In this document: positions 16,968-27,565 of the stretch, piece after piece
Numbering within the stretch: position 1 is the first letter of the stretch
How the letters are laid out: each line of letters begins with the position of its first letter
Origin: a virus
Taxonomy: Duplodnaviria > Caudoviricetes
Length of the DNA stretch: 50,266 nt
Direction: 5' to 3' (one strand)
Virus record (IMG/VR): IMGVR_UViG_3300031626_000004
Span: 1 to 50,266 of that record
Translations under genes and position numbers: made by a program
Notes under the pieces: model-generated
The model's input: only the letters and a program-made list of their open reading frames with translations
The model's database searches: none
Told to the model about the DNA's origin: nothing

Positions 16968-19900
16968 CGTGGCTGGTTAGCTCGGTTTATAATATCTTGG
17001 TTCTTCGGGTCACCTAAGAGACCTGGGGCCAAGGTCCGAGCACGTTGCAACAAGTTACCACCCAGATCGGAGAACGAGTCCGCCGCTCCACTGACTGCTT
17101 CCGAAGCGGTGTCAACGAATGACGGGGCTGCTTGCGGTGTGGGGGACGGTGTCGGTGCAGGCATCTCGACAGGGACGCCAAACACAGGTGCCTCGTTTGA
17201 ACCTTCCACGCCAAACAACTCAGCCTCTCCAGTAGGAACAATCTCTGTGCGCATTAACGAACGGCGGATGTCGTTGATCTCCTGCTTTGGAAGTCGTTGA
17301 AGGATTCGATTCTCTTGTTTCTGGTTAACCTCTTGGTTAACCTCTCGAATTAAGTTTCGGCTCATAGTGATTGGGACGTACTTGTTTTTCATTATCAAAC
17401 TTAGTTCCTTTTTAGAAACACCGGAGTTATCAAACGCTTTGTATATTTCCCGACGGCTCATGCCTGCAGCCATGGCTGTGTCTATCTTTGCTTTTAACGC
17501 AGCCTGTTGACGACGACGAGCATCGTTTGCTTTGACGTAGGCGTTGATCACATCTTCTTTTGTGGCATCATTGTCATCAGCAACCTTTGTAAAGATCGAT
17601 ACCGCACTGGATCTAAGGCCAGAATATTCAGACCCCGCATAGCTAAGACTGCGAGGTATGTTGAGCTTCAATGCCCGAAGACCAGTAAGCATAGTTCCTG
17701 CTTCTTCAAACGGTGTGTACTCGTCCCCTTGTTTGGACGGCGTTCCTGTAAGCGCACGAAGCGAACGGCCCTGAACAAACTCGCCGCCCTTAACTGTTGT
17801 GACTTGGTCCACGATGCCTGGGAGAAACGCACCAACGACATGGGTCAACGACTTGGACAACCTGTCTCCCAAAGGCTCGGCGGGTTCATATATTTCTGCA
17901 CCCGTTTGGGTTTTCCCTTGGCGTGTAGTAACGTCAATGATTCGTTCCGCAGCCATGGCCTCTGAGGCAAAGGGTTCCGCAAACTTCTTGAATCCTTCCC
18001 ACGATGCCATGCTAACTTGCTCTGCAAACCCTGCGTCAACAGAACCTTTGGCAAAGTACTCTTGCATGGCGGCGCGGGCGGGAGTGAGCATGAACTCATA
18101 GGGCAGCATGTATGACAGATCGATATACTCGGCTTCGCCCTTCTCGTCAGGTTTGGTCAAGTACACAAGAGTGTTGCCCTTGGTCCAAGGGGCCGCGCCA
18201 GCCTGCAGGATGTCTTCTTCGGCTTCGGTAACGCCAAGCATGTCGTGGGCCGCGCCTTTGAATGCGATAGGGGCAGCGCCCGCCATTGCGACATAACCAG
18301 ACAGACGTTGAGCGCCGATAGCTCGGACCTGTCGTGCAAAGATATCGGCTTGTTCCTTGCCCATGGCTTTTACCAAATCGTCTGTTGCTTGGAAGCCCAT
18401 TTCTTTGAGAGAACGACTTACGATGTTGCCAGACGTACGGATGATTTCCGCAGGGAACGCCATGAAGTTACCAACAACAGGGATCCGACGAAGCTGTTTG
18501 ATAGCTTCGGGGACCATGGAGTAAGTAGGCATGGTTTGACGAACGATGTCCGTCACGAACATGTTGCCGAAGTCCGTGCCCGCAATGGACGAGGACCTCT
18601 GCGCCAAGCCTGATCGGGCTAACGCTTCTTGAACAGCAGGGGTCAGGTTATCGATGTCGATCTTTGCTTTACGCATAGCTGCGCCATAACGAGCCTTTTC
18701 ACCAAGAGCACCAACAACTTTCCAGTAATCGTCCCCGAGTTTGTATGTCTTTTGCATGAAGCGAACGGGGGCCCCGAGCTTAGATCCTATAAACTTCTCT
18801 CCGCCCTGACGCAGACGTGCAGATACCCCGCCCTCTACCTGTTCTTTCATCAGACGGGTAAGCTCGTTGACCTGAATGTTCTGTCCAATAGCACCTTCAT
18901 CAGACAGAGCGCGAAGGAGTTTGTATTGCTCGGGGCTGTCCAGCGCGTTTGCTAGCAGCACTTCGGCGCTCTCTAGAACACCCATGTTCCTGCCGAGAAG
19001 ACCATTGGCCCCTACAACAAAGGTGTTGGAGATAAAGTTCCGGACTTGGGACAGCGGGTTCAGCACTGTCTTCGACATTTGGGAAATGCCTTTCAACTGC
19101 AATGAAACAGCCAAGGCATCTTGCACCCCAGAGTATGCGCGGGATGGAGTTGTCAGCGCGTTGTAAACCTCAACGGGGACATAGTTTCCCGAAAGAGAAC
19201 CAAACTTTCCGCCGAATGCATTTTCTAAATCGACTTCCCCAGCTTTAACGTAGCCCATGTCCCCTGTCAGGTCTGCAATCTGATTGTCCGTCAGGTTCGC
19301 ACCGTCAATGACCATGGGCCTAGCACCAGCGTTCATCTCTGAAACCGCTTCCGCCAAAGGTCTTGCGTTTCTAGGTACAAGTGTTGCAGGGTCAATCCCG
19401 CCCGACACAGTGTCGAACAATCTTTGCCCTGCCATAGTGGAGGAGAGGCTGTCGATGGTCCGGAGAAAGGCTTCCTTCGGGTCACGAATCTCGCCCATCA
19501 TCTCGCGAAGCATAGGGGCTTCGGTTAGCATCTGGCTGCGGCCTTCAAGCATACCCTGTGAAACATTAAACAAGGACGCACGGCCCTTTTCTGCAGAGGC
19601 CCCTTGACCTTTAGTATACTTCGCTGCTTGGGCTCGAGCTTCTGGAGTCAAACCCGTGGCGTTAAGGGTCTGGTTAAATATCTTGTCAATCTCTTGCGAT
19701 GCTTTTTGGGTGGCGGCAACGGGATCCGCTGCCAACAAAGGATCTTTCCGCATAAGATACTTGCTGACTTGATCAAGCGCCCCTTTGTATTGAGGCATTT
19801 GCGCGACAGGAGTACTGAAGTTTTCAGGGCGCGTGTGTAATTCATAGACACGGCGAATGTATGATCCTTGGTTCGCATCGAACTGCGCTTTCAAAGTAGA

Positions 19901-21103
19901 CTTTGTTGCGTCGTCTAGGTTCGGAGCGGCGTCAACGGATGACTTGAAACTCTTACTCAGATCATCAACCTGCATACGCATGGCATCCGCTGCGCCCGCA
20001 GCCTTCTCACTGTATGCTTTGACAAAGTCAGACCGCTTAACTTCCCCAGTCAAGTAATCCATTGTCGTGTTGTATGCCTTCTGAACTGCCGCTTTCTTCT
20101 CGCCTCGCTTTAGTTTCTGAGCACTAATAGCTTTTTTCATTGCGCCATCATAGTTAGCCAGAAGCTGGGCTGCGATGCCTTGTTCAGTTTCTCCAACAGC
20201 TTCCGCTGTGCGGATGGCGTCTGCGATTTCAGGTGGAGTAAATCCGTTTGGTGTCAGATACCTACGGACAAACGGTACACTTGTGGCCTTCTCTCCAAGA
20301 AAGTTCAGTCCTTTAGACAGAGCCCTAGCCGTGGCCGGGACCCCAGGAACCATGGCCGCGCTCCGAACAGTTCCGCCAATAACAGGAAGAAGTACTTCCC
20401 CAGCGGCGTTGAACATAGCACCTTCAAGACCCAGCCGGAACTTGTTGCGAAGACGAACGCCTGCCAGCGCCATTCCGGTTATGCCCTCTTCATCTTCTGT
20501 GCGTAATTGTTCGGGCATAGCGTCCCAGCTATCAGCCAGAGACGTATTGGTGCTTGGAGAAACAAGGAAGTCCGCGACCCCTGTGCCCGCTGTGGTTAGA
20601 ACTGCCCGTCCAGCCTGCGTCTTTGCCAAGTTGCTTTTCTTGCCAAACTCGACGGCGGACTTTCCGAACCAAGTCTTAGCTGCGGGGAGCGCGGTCCCAG
20701 CTTTGACTGCCGCGGAGGCCTTCCCTGCTTTACTTACCCAACCCAAAACGGGGATAGCTGCGGAACCATAGTTCACGACCATCTCTACAACTTTTCCCGC
20801 GGTTCTTTCAGGGGTAAAACCTAAAGAGTTTTTAGCATCTTCAAAGAACTGAGACGTGGCTTCTTGAGCGCCCTCGTCCGCGACGCCCGTAGCCTCAAGA
20901 CCGATGGCACCAAGTTCACCCACCCCTTGAACGATGTCCACGACACCCGCGCCAACACCTCTGGCAACAGAGCCGAGGACTGTTTGGTCAGACTCTGGCT
21001 CCTCGTCAGCGGCAACGCCAAATAGTTCAGAGCCCTCGTTAGCGGCAACGCCAAATAGTTCAGGGCCCTCGTCAGCGGCAACGCCAAATAGTTTTTCCGC
21101 CAT
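16961..21103 (-). CDS. large internal virion / DNA ejection protein (1380 aa)
   Basis: Size, Ala-rich helical composition, last gene of the late region as in short-tailed phages. Confidence 0.65.
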   Translation of the reverse strand: MAEKLFGVAADEGPELFGVAANEGSELFGVAADEEPESDQTVLGSVARGVGAGVVDIVQGVGELGAIGLEATGVADEGAQEATSQFFEDAKNSLGFTPERTAGKVVEMVVNYGSAAIPVLGWVSKAGKASAAVKAGTALPAAKTWFGKSAVEFGKKSNLAKTQAGRAVLTTAGTGVADFLVSPSTNTSLADSWDAMPEQLRTEDEEGITGMALAGVRLRNKFRLGLEGAMFNAAGEVLLPVIGGTVRSAAMVPGVPATARALSKGLNFLGEKATSVPFVRRYLTPNGFTPPEIADAIRTAEAVGETEQGIAAQLLANYDGAMKKAISAQKLKRGEKKAAVQKAYNTTMDYLTGEVKRSDFVKAYSEKAAGAADAMRMQVDDLSKSFKSSVDAAPNLDDATKSTLKAQFDANQGSYIRRVYELHTRPENFSTPVAQMPQYKGALDQVSKYLMRKDPLLAADPVAATQKASQEIDKIFNQTLNATGLTPEARAQAAKYTKGQGASAEKGRASLFNVSQGMLEGRSQMLTEAPMLREMMGEIRDPKEAFLRTIDSLSSTMAGQRLFDTVSGGIDPATLVPRNARPLAEAVSEMNAGARPMVIDGANLTDNQIADLTGDMGYVKAGEVDLENAFGGKFGSLSGNYVPVEVYNALTTPSRAYSGVQDALAVSLQLKGISQMSKTVLNPLSQVRNFISNTFVVGANGLLGRNMGVLESAEVLLANALDSPEQYKLLRALSDEGAIGQNIQVNELTRLMKEQVEGGVSARLRQGGEKFIGSKLGAPVRFMQKTYKLGDDYWKVVGALGEKARYGAAMRKAKIDIDNLTPAVQEALARSGLAQRSSSIAGTDFGNMFVTDIVRQTMPTYSMVPEAIKQLRRIPVVGNFMAFPAEIIRTSGNIVSRSLKEMGFQATDDLVKAMGKEQADIFARQVRAIGAQRLSGYVAMAGAAPIAFKGAAHDMLGVTEAEEDILQAGAAPWTKGNTLVYLTKPDEKGEAEYIDLSYMLPYEFMLTPARAAMQEYFAKGSVDAGFAEQVSMASWEGFKKFAEPFASEAMAAERIIDVTTRQGKTQTGAEIYEPAEPLGDRLSKSLTHVVGAFLPGIVDQVTTVKGGEFVQGRSLRALTGTPSKQGDEYTPFEEAGTMLTGLRALKLNIPRSLSYAGSEYSGLRSSAVSIFTKVADDNDATKEDVINAYVKANDARRRQQAALKAKIDTAMAAGMSRREIYKAFDNSGVSKKELSLIMKNKYVPITMSRNLIREVNQEVNQKQENRILQRLPKQEINDIRRSLMRTEIVPTGEAELFGVEGSNEAPVFGVPVEMPAPTPSPTPQAAPSFVDTASEAVSGAADSFSDLGGNLLQRARTLAPGLLGDPKNQDIINRANQPRQ
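21001..21092. repeat. 33-bp tandem repeat x~3 encoding ELFGVAADEGP
   Basis: CCTCGTYAGCGGCAACGCCAAATAGTTCAGRGC units. Confidence 0.9.
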
Positions 21104-21112
21104 GCGAGGCTC

Positions 21113-23716
21113 CTATGGTTTTTTCCGTGGTTTATCGTTTTGTATAAACTCAGTTCCAGAGGGCAGCGCGTCATACTCAGCTTGGGTTGTCACCACAGGT
21201 TTCTTACCCCGAATGGGCTCACCCGAAAGATCCATTTTGTAGTCTTCACTGACTCGGGTTCTTGCGGCGTTCAGGGCGTCGTCATATGTCTCGTAGTCTC
21301 CGGAACCCCCCGCATAAAGCGTCTCTGCCAAACGATACATTTGAGTCAGGGGCTCGGTGCGTTTTCCGTAAATACTGTCTGTGCCTTTGACTTTTGCAAC
21401 AGCTAGGTCCCGACCAAACTTTTCACGAGCCCGTTTGTCTGCAAGGACTTCTCCAAATGCGGTCAGCGTAAACTTATCGTCCCGTGCTTTCTTGTCCGTG
21501 GTATTCTTGCTGATCTGAGCAGTGCTTGCAAGCAAGCCGTCAGCGATGTTCTTCATTGCATCAGGGCTTTCGCCCGCAGCAATCCCAAACCCGAGCATCG
21601 CCATGTTCATCCAGAATTGTTCTTTTTCGTCCTCGTCTGTCTGACCCATAAGATCCGTCAGCATCTTCTTCATTGCAACGGTCTGGTCTTTGACGCTCAT
21701 GTTTGAGGTATCAACCCCCGTAGATTTCAGTAAGGCGTCGGCGGCGATCGTGTTCGCGTCTCCTGGGTTCTTATCTATGTCCGTTAGGATTGTATCTGTG
21801 TCAATTGCGGGGGCTTCTCCAAATGCGGTGGGGGCTTCTACCTCGGGGGCTTCTGCGGCGGGGGCTTCTGCGGCGGGGGTTACAGTTTCCGCGACAGCTT
21901 CTGGCGCAGCTTCTGCCTCTGCCGCGGCAGCTTCTTCGGCGCGAACCTCCTCCAACACGTTTACTGTTGGAGGCTCGGGGACTACAACGGCGTCTGCCCG
22001 ATCTAAAAGGTCAACTGCCGTTTCTGGCTCAATGATCCCGAGCTTAGACCCAATGTTCCCAGCTAGGTCTAACGCGCCTCGTGTAAATCTTGATTGCAGA
22101 TTAGGATAGCTTAGATTGCTCAACAAAAGGTTTGAGTCATATCTTTCTTCTAAAACTTTCTTACGATTTTCCAGAACTGTTCTTTCATTCTCTGACGTAC
22201 TGGGATCAGCTATGCGGTCAAGAAGGGATTTATATTCAGTCTCTAAGTTTTGAAGATACTCCGGATCGCCTTCTTCTGGGACACGCCCAAGATCTTCTAC
22301 GGAGGCAAAGAGGTCCCCTGCAGTCAGCTCAGAAACTTCCCCGTCTTCATTGCGAACTACATAAACGCCGTTTGCGCTGCCCAAGATTTCCAAGTTTAAG
22401 GCGTTTGCTACAGAGTTAACGTCTGTTTCTTCGGTTGCATTTGCGGTAAGGGCAGCCTGTTCTTCTTCCGCAGTTATTTCTCCAGTTATATCGCCCTGCA
22501 ATTGGGAAAACAGTTCTGTCGCTTGAGCTAATTTATCAGCCTCTGTCCTTTCCCCGCCAGGGTTCCTTGCGCCCTCTTGGGCTGCAAGAGCCACTTCATC
22601 CGCACGAGCATTGTTTGCGTCGACGTAACTTTGATTTCTTTCAGCGTCCCCGGTTCTAATCTCGTTGATTCTATTCACAAACGGAGTGATAAACGAGTTG
22701 CCAATTACGTTTGAGTCTAGGCCCGTGCTTTCAAGCGCAGTTTCAAGAGGGTTATTTGAGTAAACACTGGAACGAAGTTGGTCCAACACGGAACGGTTGT
22801 CCTCCACAGGAGGATTCCTTCCGGCCTCTTCCGTATTAAGGGCTGCATTAGCCCTTTCGGCCTCTGCAATTCTCTGGGCTTCTACTGCAGCCGCAGCTTC
22901 CTGCTCACGACCCAGACGAATAGAGGAGCGAAGCTCGTTGTCTTCCATTACATCCCCGACAGGGGCAAACACTTCACTTGCCATGTCTCCAACAGGTTCA
23001 AAAATACTACGCAAAGTATCGTTTAGGGAGAACCCGCCTTCAGCAGCAGGCAATTCTTGTACGTCGTCAACAACTTCTGGAGTGACAAGGGCCGTGGGAT
23101 CAACCCGCCCTGCAGCAATGGCATTCTGAAGGGGCTCCATGGACTGTTGCATCGAGGCACCTAAATCTTGAACGGGGCCTTCTATTACTTCGCCTAAATT
23201 TTGAACGGGGCCTCGGATGGTTTCCGCCACAGGAGTCATTAGGCTCCGCATCAAATCAGCTATTCCGCCGCCGCCGTCAACAACTGGCGCAGGGGGCTGG
23301 GCCATAACCTGTTGAGCAATATTAACACGGTCCTGCGTACCCTGCTGCGCAAGTTGCGCTTGACTAGGTTGCTCTCCCGACACCTTCTGAATAACCGCTT
23401 GCACGATACTCGGATCACGGATCACGTTGCCTTCTCTGTCAATAACAGTTCCGTTGTCCACAAGATAAAACACAGTGTTGCCAAGGATAACCATGTCGCC
23501 ACCGGAAGCAGCACCCGCACCGCTGGAGAAAATGTTACCTTCTCCAAAAATCTCGTTACCATAACCTGTGCCGGGGCGTGGAACACCTTGCCCACCCGTT
23601 TGAAACCGCTGGGCTGCACCCATCAGTTCAGGGGACGAAGCAAGGATTCCACCCATTCCGGCGAGCTTGGTACGAGCATCTCGGTTGGAGAACATCTTCC
23701 GATTCATAACACTCAT
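21113..23716 (-). CDS. acidic internal virion protein (867 aa)
   Basis: Long ORF with AGGAG RBS; low-complexity E/A/P stretch; ejection-protein position. Confidence 0.6.
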   Translation of the reverse strand: MSVMNRKMFSNRDARTKLAGMGGILASSPELMGAAQRFQTGGQGVPRPGTGYGNEIFGEGNIFSSGAGAASGGDMVILGNTVFYLVDNGTVIDREGNVIRDPSIVQAVIQKVSGEQPSQAQLAQQGTQDRVNIAQQVMAQPPAPVVDGGGGIADLMRSLMTPVAETIRGPVQNLGEVIEGPVQDLGASMQQSMEPLQNAIAAGRVDPTALVTPEVVDDVQELPAAEGGFSLNDTLRSIFEPVGDMASEVFAPVGDVMEDNELRSSIRLGREQEAAAAVEAQRIAEAERANAALNTEEAGRNPPVEDNRSVLDQLRSSVYSNNPLETALESTGLDSNVIGNSFITPFVNRINEIRTGDAERNQSYVDANNARADEVALAAQEGARNPGGERTEADKLAQATELFSQLQGDITGEITAEEEQAALTANATEETDVNSVANALNLEILGSANGVYVVRNEDGEVSELTAGDLFASVEDLGRVPEEGDPEYLQNLETEYKSLLDRIADPSTSENERTVLENRKKVLEERYDSNLLLSNLSYPNLQSRFTRGALDLAGNIGSKLGIIEPETAVDLLDRADAVVVPEPPTVNVLEEVRAEEAAAAEAEAAPEAVAETVTPAAEAPAAEAPEVEAPTAFGEAPAIDTDTILTDIDKNPGDANTIAADALLKSTGVDTSNMSVKDQTVAMKKMLTDLMGQTDEDEKEQFWMNMAMLGFGIAAGESPDAMKNIADGLLASTAQISKNTTDKKARDDKFTLTAFGEVLADKRAREKFGRDLAVAKVKGTDSIYGKRTEPLTQMYRLAETLYAGGSGDYETYDDALNAARTRVSEDYKMDLSGEPIRGKKPVVTTQAEYDALPSGTEFIQNDKPRKKP

Positions 23717-23727
23717 TGTTAAACTCC

Positions 23728-24720
23728 TTAACCAAACATGCCCGATTTGCCTAGACTATATAGACCTCCGGCCAATCCTGCAAACTGTGATACGGGGCTA
23801 GCACTAGGTTGTTGCTGCGACGTAAACGTAGACTGCGATGTCGGCATGCCTTGGAAGATGTCGGAGTAAAAGCCAAGCTGTTGATATGGCTGCATAGTGT
23901 TTTGATACTGAGTTTGACGCTGCGCATCGAGGACTGCTTGCTGCTGCCCCTGCTCTTGTCCGCCAAAACTGGACAGTGTGTTGATATCGTTCAGGTTTAG
24001 ACCTTGGAAGGCTTCGCCGAGCTTGGCTTGGTTCATGCCCAAGCTGCCGATTCCCTGACCGAGTTGCCCGTACTGTGCCGCGCCAGACTGCATAAGCTGC
24101 GCCCCAGCCATGCCAGCTTGTCCCGCGGCTTGCGCCCGAGCCAATTGCTGTTGTTGTGCTTGGTTATAACCAGACTGGCGTAACCCTGCTGCAGCCCGAG
24201 CTTGGGCGTCGATTGTATTACGTTGCTGCTCTGCGCGTTGGATGCCCTGGCGAGAACCACCGAAAGCGTCTGCCCCAACAGATTGAGCGTCGAGCCCCTG
24301 CTGTTGAATGTTGCTTTGACGCTGAATGTCCTGCATCGTTTGGTCAATAACAGCCTGCTCATACGGGTTCATGTACGCCTGTGCTGCATTTGGGTTTAGA
24401 ATGTTTGCGGCAGTCGTCGATCCGATTTGCCCAGCCGAAGTAATCGATTGCGCCAAGGGGTTAAGCCCAGCCTGCGTTGCAGCGATACCTGTACCAACAC
24501 TGCCCGCCGCACCCTGAAGCATGGGAGCGTAAGAGCCTACACCCTGTTGTGCCAACTGCGTAGCCTGCTGTTGTAAAGGTGTTCGCTCCGCGACATTGTA
24601 TGCCGGAAGAGTGTAATTGTCCTTGCCCAGAGCTTGTGCCCGGTCAAGGATTTCTTTCATGTAGGTTTTCTGCCAATCAGGTAAGTCGGCAATCGAGGTG
24701 CTTGTTACTGTCTCAACCAT
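23728..24720 (-). CDS. Gln/Gly-rich DNA pilot / ejection protein
   Basis: YMNPYEQAVID, AFGGSRQGI, Q-rich helices, hydrophobic C-terminus. Confidence 0.65.
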   Translation of the reverse strand: MVETVTSTSIADLPDWQKTYMKEILDRAQALGKDNYTLPAYNVAERTPLQQQATQLAQQGVGSYAPMLQGAAGSVGTGIAATQAGLNPLAQSITSAGQIGSTTAANILNPNAAQAYMNPYEQAVIDQTMQDIQRQSNIQQQGLDAQSVGADAFGGSRQGIQRAEQQRNTIDAQARAAAGLRQSGYNQAQQQQLARAQAAGQAGMAGAQLMQSGAAQYGQLGQGIGSLGMNQAKLGEAFQGLNLNDINTLSSFGGQEQGQQQAVLDAQRQTQYQNTMQPYQQLGFYSDIFQGMPTSQSTFTSQQQPSASPVSQFAGLAGGLYSLGKSGMFG

Positions 24721-24721
24721 T

Positions 24722-25348
24722 TCAACGGCCTTTCATTTCTGACACTTCAGCAAACATCCTTGCAGCCTCGGCACCTCGTGTTCCATTCGCTGCGCCACCA
24801 AGGCGCATTCCTGCTCGTTTCATATCCCCGTCAGGGTCCATGCGAGCAAGGTCTTTTCCAGATAATATTACTTCGCCGTTGCCCACCGCAATCTGCTCAA
24901 CAGGGCGTCCATTCTGCATGATCTGCCCCGGAATGGAATCGCTGGTCACGGTCCCCGGACCTTGGATCAAGCCTCCCGCTGCAAACTGCGCTAGCCCACC
25001 CTGTGCCAGACCTTGATACACCGGATCCACTTGAGTTGCTTGAGCCGCATTAGCCTGAACGTTTCGGTCATGCGCATCGCGCTCTTCAGCAGTGCTGAAC
25101 GCAGGCGCGTTGCCGTCTGGGCCAGTATAACGAGACTTGTAAAGGTTTCGGTCCCAACCTTCTTGCTGTTCGGGGCCTGCATCCCATTTTGCTTTCCTGG
25201 CGTCCATTGGATCCACTTGGTCTTCTTTGTCGAACAACAGACTCTCTAGCCCTTGAGCCGCGGCTGCGCCCCCAGCAAAGCCTAAAAGGCCCGAGCCAGG
25301 GAGAAAGTAGTTTGCGGCGAGCCCACCAAGAACACTGAGTATGCTCAT
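24722..25348 (-). CDS. virion-associated protein
   Basis: Hydrophobic Gly-rich N-terminus; FAAGGLIQGPGTVTSDSIP...GEVIL motif. Confidence 0.6.
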   Translation of the reverse strand: MSILSVLGGLAANYFLPGSGLLGFAGGAAAAQGLESLLFDKEDQVDPMDARKAKWDAGPEQQEGWDRNLYKSRYTGPDGNAPAFSTAEERDAHDRNVQANAAQATQVDPVYQGLAQGGLAQFAAGGLIQGPGTVTSDSIPGQIMQNGRPVEQIAVGNGEVILSGKDLARMDPDGDMKRAGMRLGGAANGTRGAEAARMFAEVSEMKGR

Positions 25349-25349
25349 C

Positions 25350-25436
25350 TTACCAAAGACCTCCGCCTAAAGGTGGAAGCGTAATTGGCACAGTAACATC
25401 TTTTTGCTCTGGAGCATTTTCTGGTTTTTCAGTCAT
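25350..25436 (-). CDS. 28-aa peptide (not in ORF track)
   Basis: MTEKPENAPEQKDVTVPITLPPLGGGLW; ATGA overlap upstream, ends 1 nt before the next ATG; GAGGA RBS. Confidence 0.5.
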   Translation of the reverse strand: MTEKPENAPEQKDVTVPITLPPLGGGLW

Positions 25437-25687
25437 ACCACTATCCTCAGTTCACCCGTTGCTGTTTTATATACATCATTTTCCACCAAACCTCCAGTAA
25501 TAGCTGCGCCGTTGTTTGCATAAACAGAAAGGCCTGTTAAATTAAGCGTGTCGGCCCTAATTGGCCCCGGATTCTGCAGTTGTTGAGCGTACACAGAAAA
25601 CTGACGTGTAACCTGCGCCGTGTAAGTCTGGCTATACTCCGATGGAGCTTGGGCAAAGAATGGTACAACAGCGTTATTAAACGACAT
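25433..25687 (-). CDS. small structural protein
   Basis: TAATG coupling; follows the tail hub gene. Confidence 0.65.
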   Translation of the reverse strand: MSFNNAVVPFFAQAPSEYSQTYTAQVTRQFSVYAQQLQNPGPIRADTLNLTGLSVYANNGAAITGGLVENDVYKTATGELRIVV

Positions 25688-27543
25688 TATCTTCTTCCAT
25701 CTGGGCGAATGTCAATACGAGGCGTTCCAAGCCTCCATTGAGTGTTTACTTCATTTGACTCAACCCTCAAAGACACAGATCTACCACGCAACCGGACGTC
25801 GATCTGATTGGTGTACTTCTCCAAAGGAGTGCTGGAAGTTCGAACCGTGTTTCCACTTTCCGTCTGAGTTGTTCCACTGCCAGGGTACGTCCGTGCGTTT
25901 AAAGTGAACGTGACCAAAGGAGTTCCAGTGGAGTTCCTGAAACCTACGTCTGGGATAATCCGTTTCACCGACATAAACTGATCGCCGTCTCCAACATCAA
26001 TGCCACTGGATTCAACAAAACTGTTAAGCGGGCTTGGCGGGTTAGTGCTCCCGTCTGATATACCGTTCTCTTGGAAGTAGATGTTGCCGTCAGGAGATGC
26101 AGCGATAGGGAACCCAGACACGCCCCCTGCGTCCCAAGCAGTCCTGTCCAAAGATCCAAAAAACCAAGTGTTGTCAGAGTAGTTAAAGGCGACATATCGG
26201 TCGTTGGCTTCACTATTAGCAGATGGGTAGAACCACCAGACCTCATTAAATTCACTGTTGCTGCCTGCAGTAACCTTACTCAGCTGGGAAGTGTTTACAT
26301 TGTCGAAGACAAACTCCTCCACAGGGCACGGTATAATACTTACGTTACCATCATACCGATAGAACACGTCGTTCCCCATCCAGTAGACAGCATCGCCAAC
26401 AGCTACCGCTGCGTTCTGACCCAGGATCGAGGTGTTGGTAGAGACTTCCGCCAAACCAAACGTAAATGGAGGCCCAATATACTGCATGGCGCTAACTGAT
26501 CTATCGGTGAATACGACGACCTGTTGTTTTGTCTGGATAGCAGCCACAATTTCGGATCCAGAGCCAACACGAAGTTCCCCCGCAGTGTTGGTAGCCAAAG
26601 CGTTCCAAACAGTGAAGCTCTCTTGGGTAGAGAACCGTATAGTTAGGGGGTCTAAGTTTCCGGGGTCGCCTTCTGGATCACACCCGAAGGCCAATACGTG
26701 GCGATCTCGTTCAGAAACCAACACAATATTAGCTACTTGGGGTTGGGCGCTGCCACTTATACTGGTGATATTTACAGCCCTAGCTCCGGTGCCTGCAGAA
26801 GTATTCCAGTAGTATATAGCACCCCCACGAATGTTAGCGAGTAAGTCCTCGCCGAAGTTATCCATAGACCAAAGGCGGACGTTCGCACCGGGAACAGTAA
26901 CGTCTGCGGCAGAACCCCACGTACCGCGACTCCAAACACCCGCCCCCCAGCCACTACCCGCTGCAGCTGCATCTAGTCCGGTATTTATTTGGTACGTGCC
27001 AACAGTGTTCGTCCCGCCGTTCCCTGTGTCCGAGGCGTTTGCGGTTGCCGTAGCTGTAATAGTGTACGAATTGTCATTCACAAGAGATGTGACTTGGTAT
27101 TCTTGGTTCAGTACTGTAGCGGTAATAGCCCCACCAAGGCTCACTGCACCGGAAAATGTAACAAAATCGTCTAATACGCAGCCGTGGGCTGTATCAGCCA
27201 CGGTAATAGTAGCACTGCCGTTTGTCGCGGCAAACGTAACATCCCCGGCGCTCGTAACCAAGCGTATCGGAGTAATATCTACAGGGAGAGCGCCGTCCAC
27301 AATATACAGCTTTAAAGACGTGCCCGCAGCGACATACCGCGTACCCGTCAGGGAAGTCCAAGTATGTAGGTCACGGCAAGTGCCGAGCATTGTGGTTGAA
27401 GTTAAGCGTGTCCACCCACCTATTGTCTCAGGCAGGCCTAAACGAAACCGTATCTTGTCGCCGTCACGCCACCCACCTTCGTTGGTGTAATCTGTCGTGT
27501 CCCGTACAAGGCCTGGTCGGAACTGGAGCTTTTGTAGTGGCAT
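25687..27543 (-). CDS. tail hub / head stabilisation protein (P22 gp10-like)
   Basis: MPLQKLQFRPG...W.DGDKIRFR.G.PE.IGGW; beta-rich; ends PDGRR. Confidence 0.7.
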   Translation of the reverse strand: MPLQKLQFRPGLVRDTTDYTNEGGWRDGDKIRFRLGLPETIGGWTRLTSTTMLGTCRDLHTWTSLTGTRYVAAGTSLKLYIVDGALPVDITPIRLVTSAGDVTFAATNGSATITVADTAHGCVLDDFVTFSGAVSLGGAITATVLNQEYQVTSLVNDNSYTITATATANASDTGNGGTNTVGTYQINTGLDAAAAGSGWGAGVWSRGTWGSAADVTVPGANVRLWSMDNFGEDLLANIRGGAIYYWNTSAGTGARAVNITSISGSAQPQVANIVLVSERDRHVLAFGCDPEGDPGNLDPLTIRFSTQESFTVWNALATNTAGELRVGSGSEIVAAIQTKQQVVVFTDRSVSAMQYIGPPFTFGLAEVSTNTSILGQNAAVAVGDAVYWMGNDVFYRYDGNVSIIPCPVEEFVFDNVNTSQLSKVTAGSNSEFNEVWWFYPSANSEANDRYVAFNYSDNTWFFGSLDRTAWDAGGVSGFPIAASPDGNIYFQENGISDGSTNPPSPLNSFVESSGIDVGDGDQFMSVKRIIPDVGFRNSTGTPLVTFTLNARTYPGSGTTQTESGNTVRTSSTPLEKYTNQIDVRLRGRSVSLRVESNEVNTQWRLGTPRIDIRPDGRR

Positions 27544-27565
27544 TTAGAAACCTCCAACGGGGTGA

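Noticed and set aside
22565-22575. Extra CCTTGCGCCCT copy of the array motif
   Set aside because: Isolated, inside a CDS and shorter than the 12-mer match; compatible with chance
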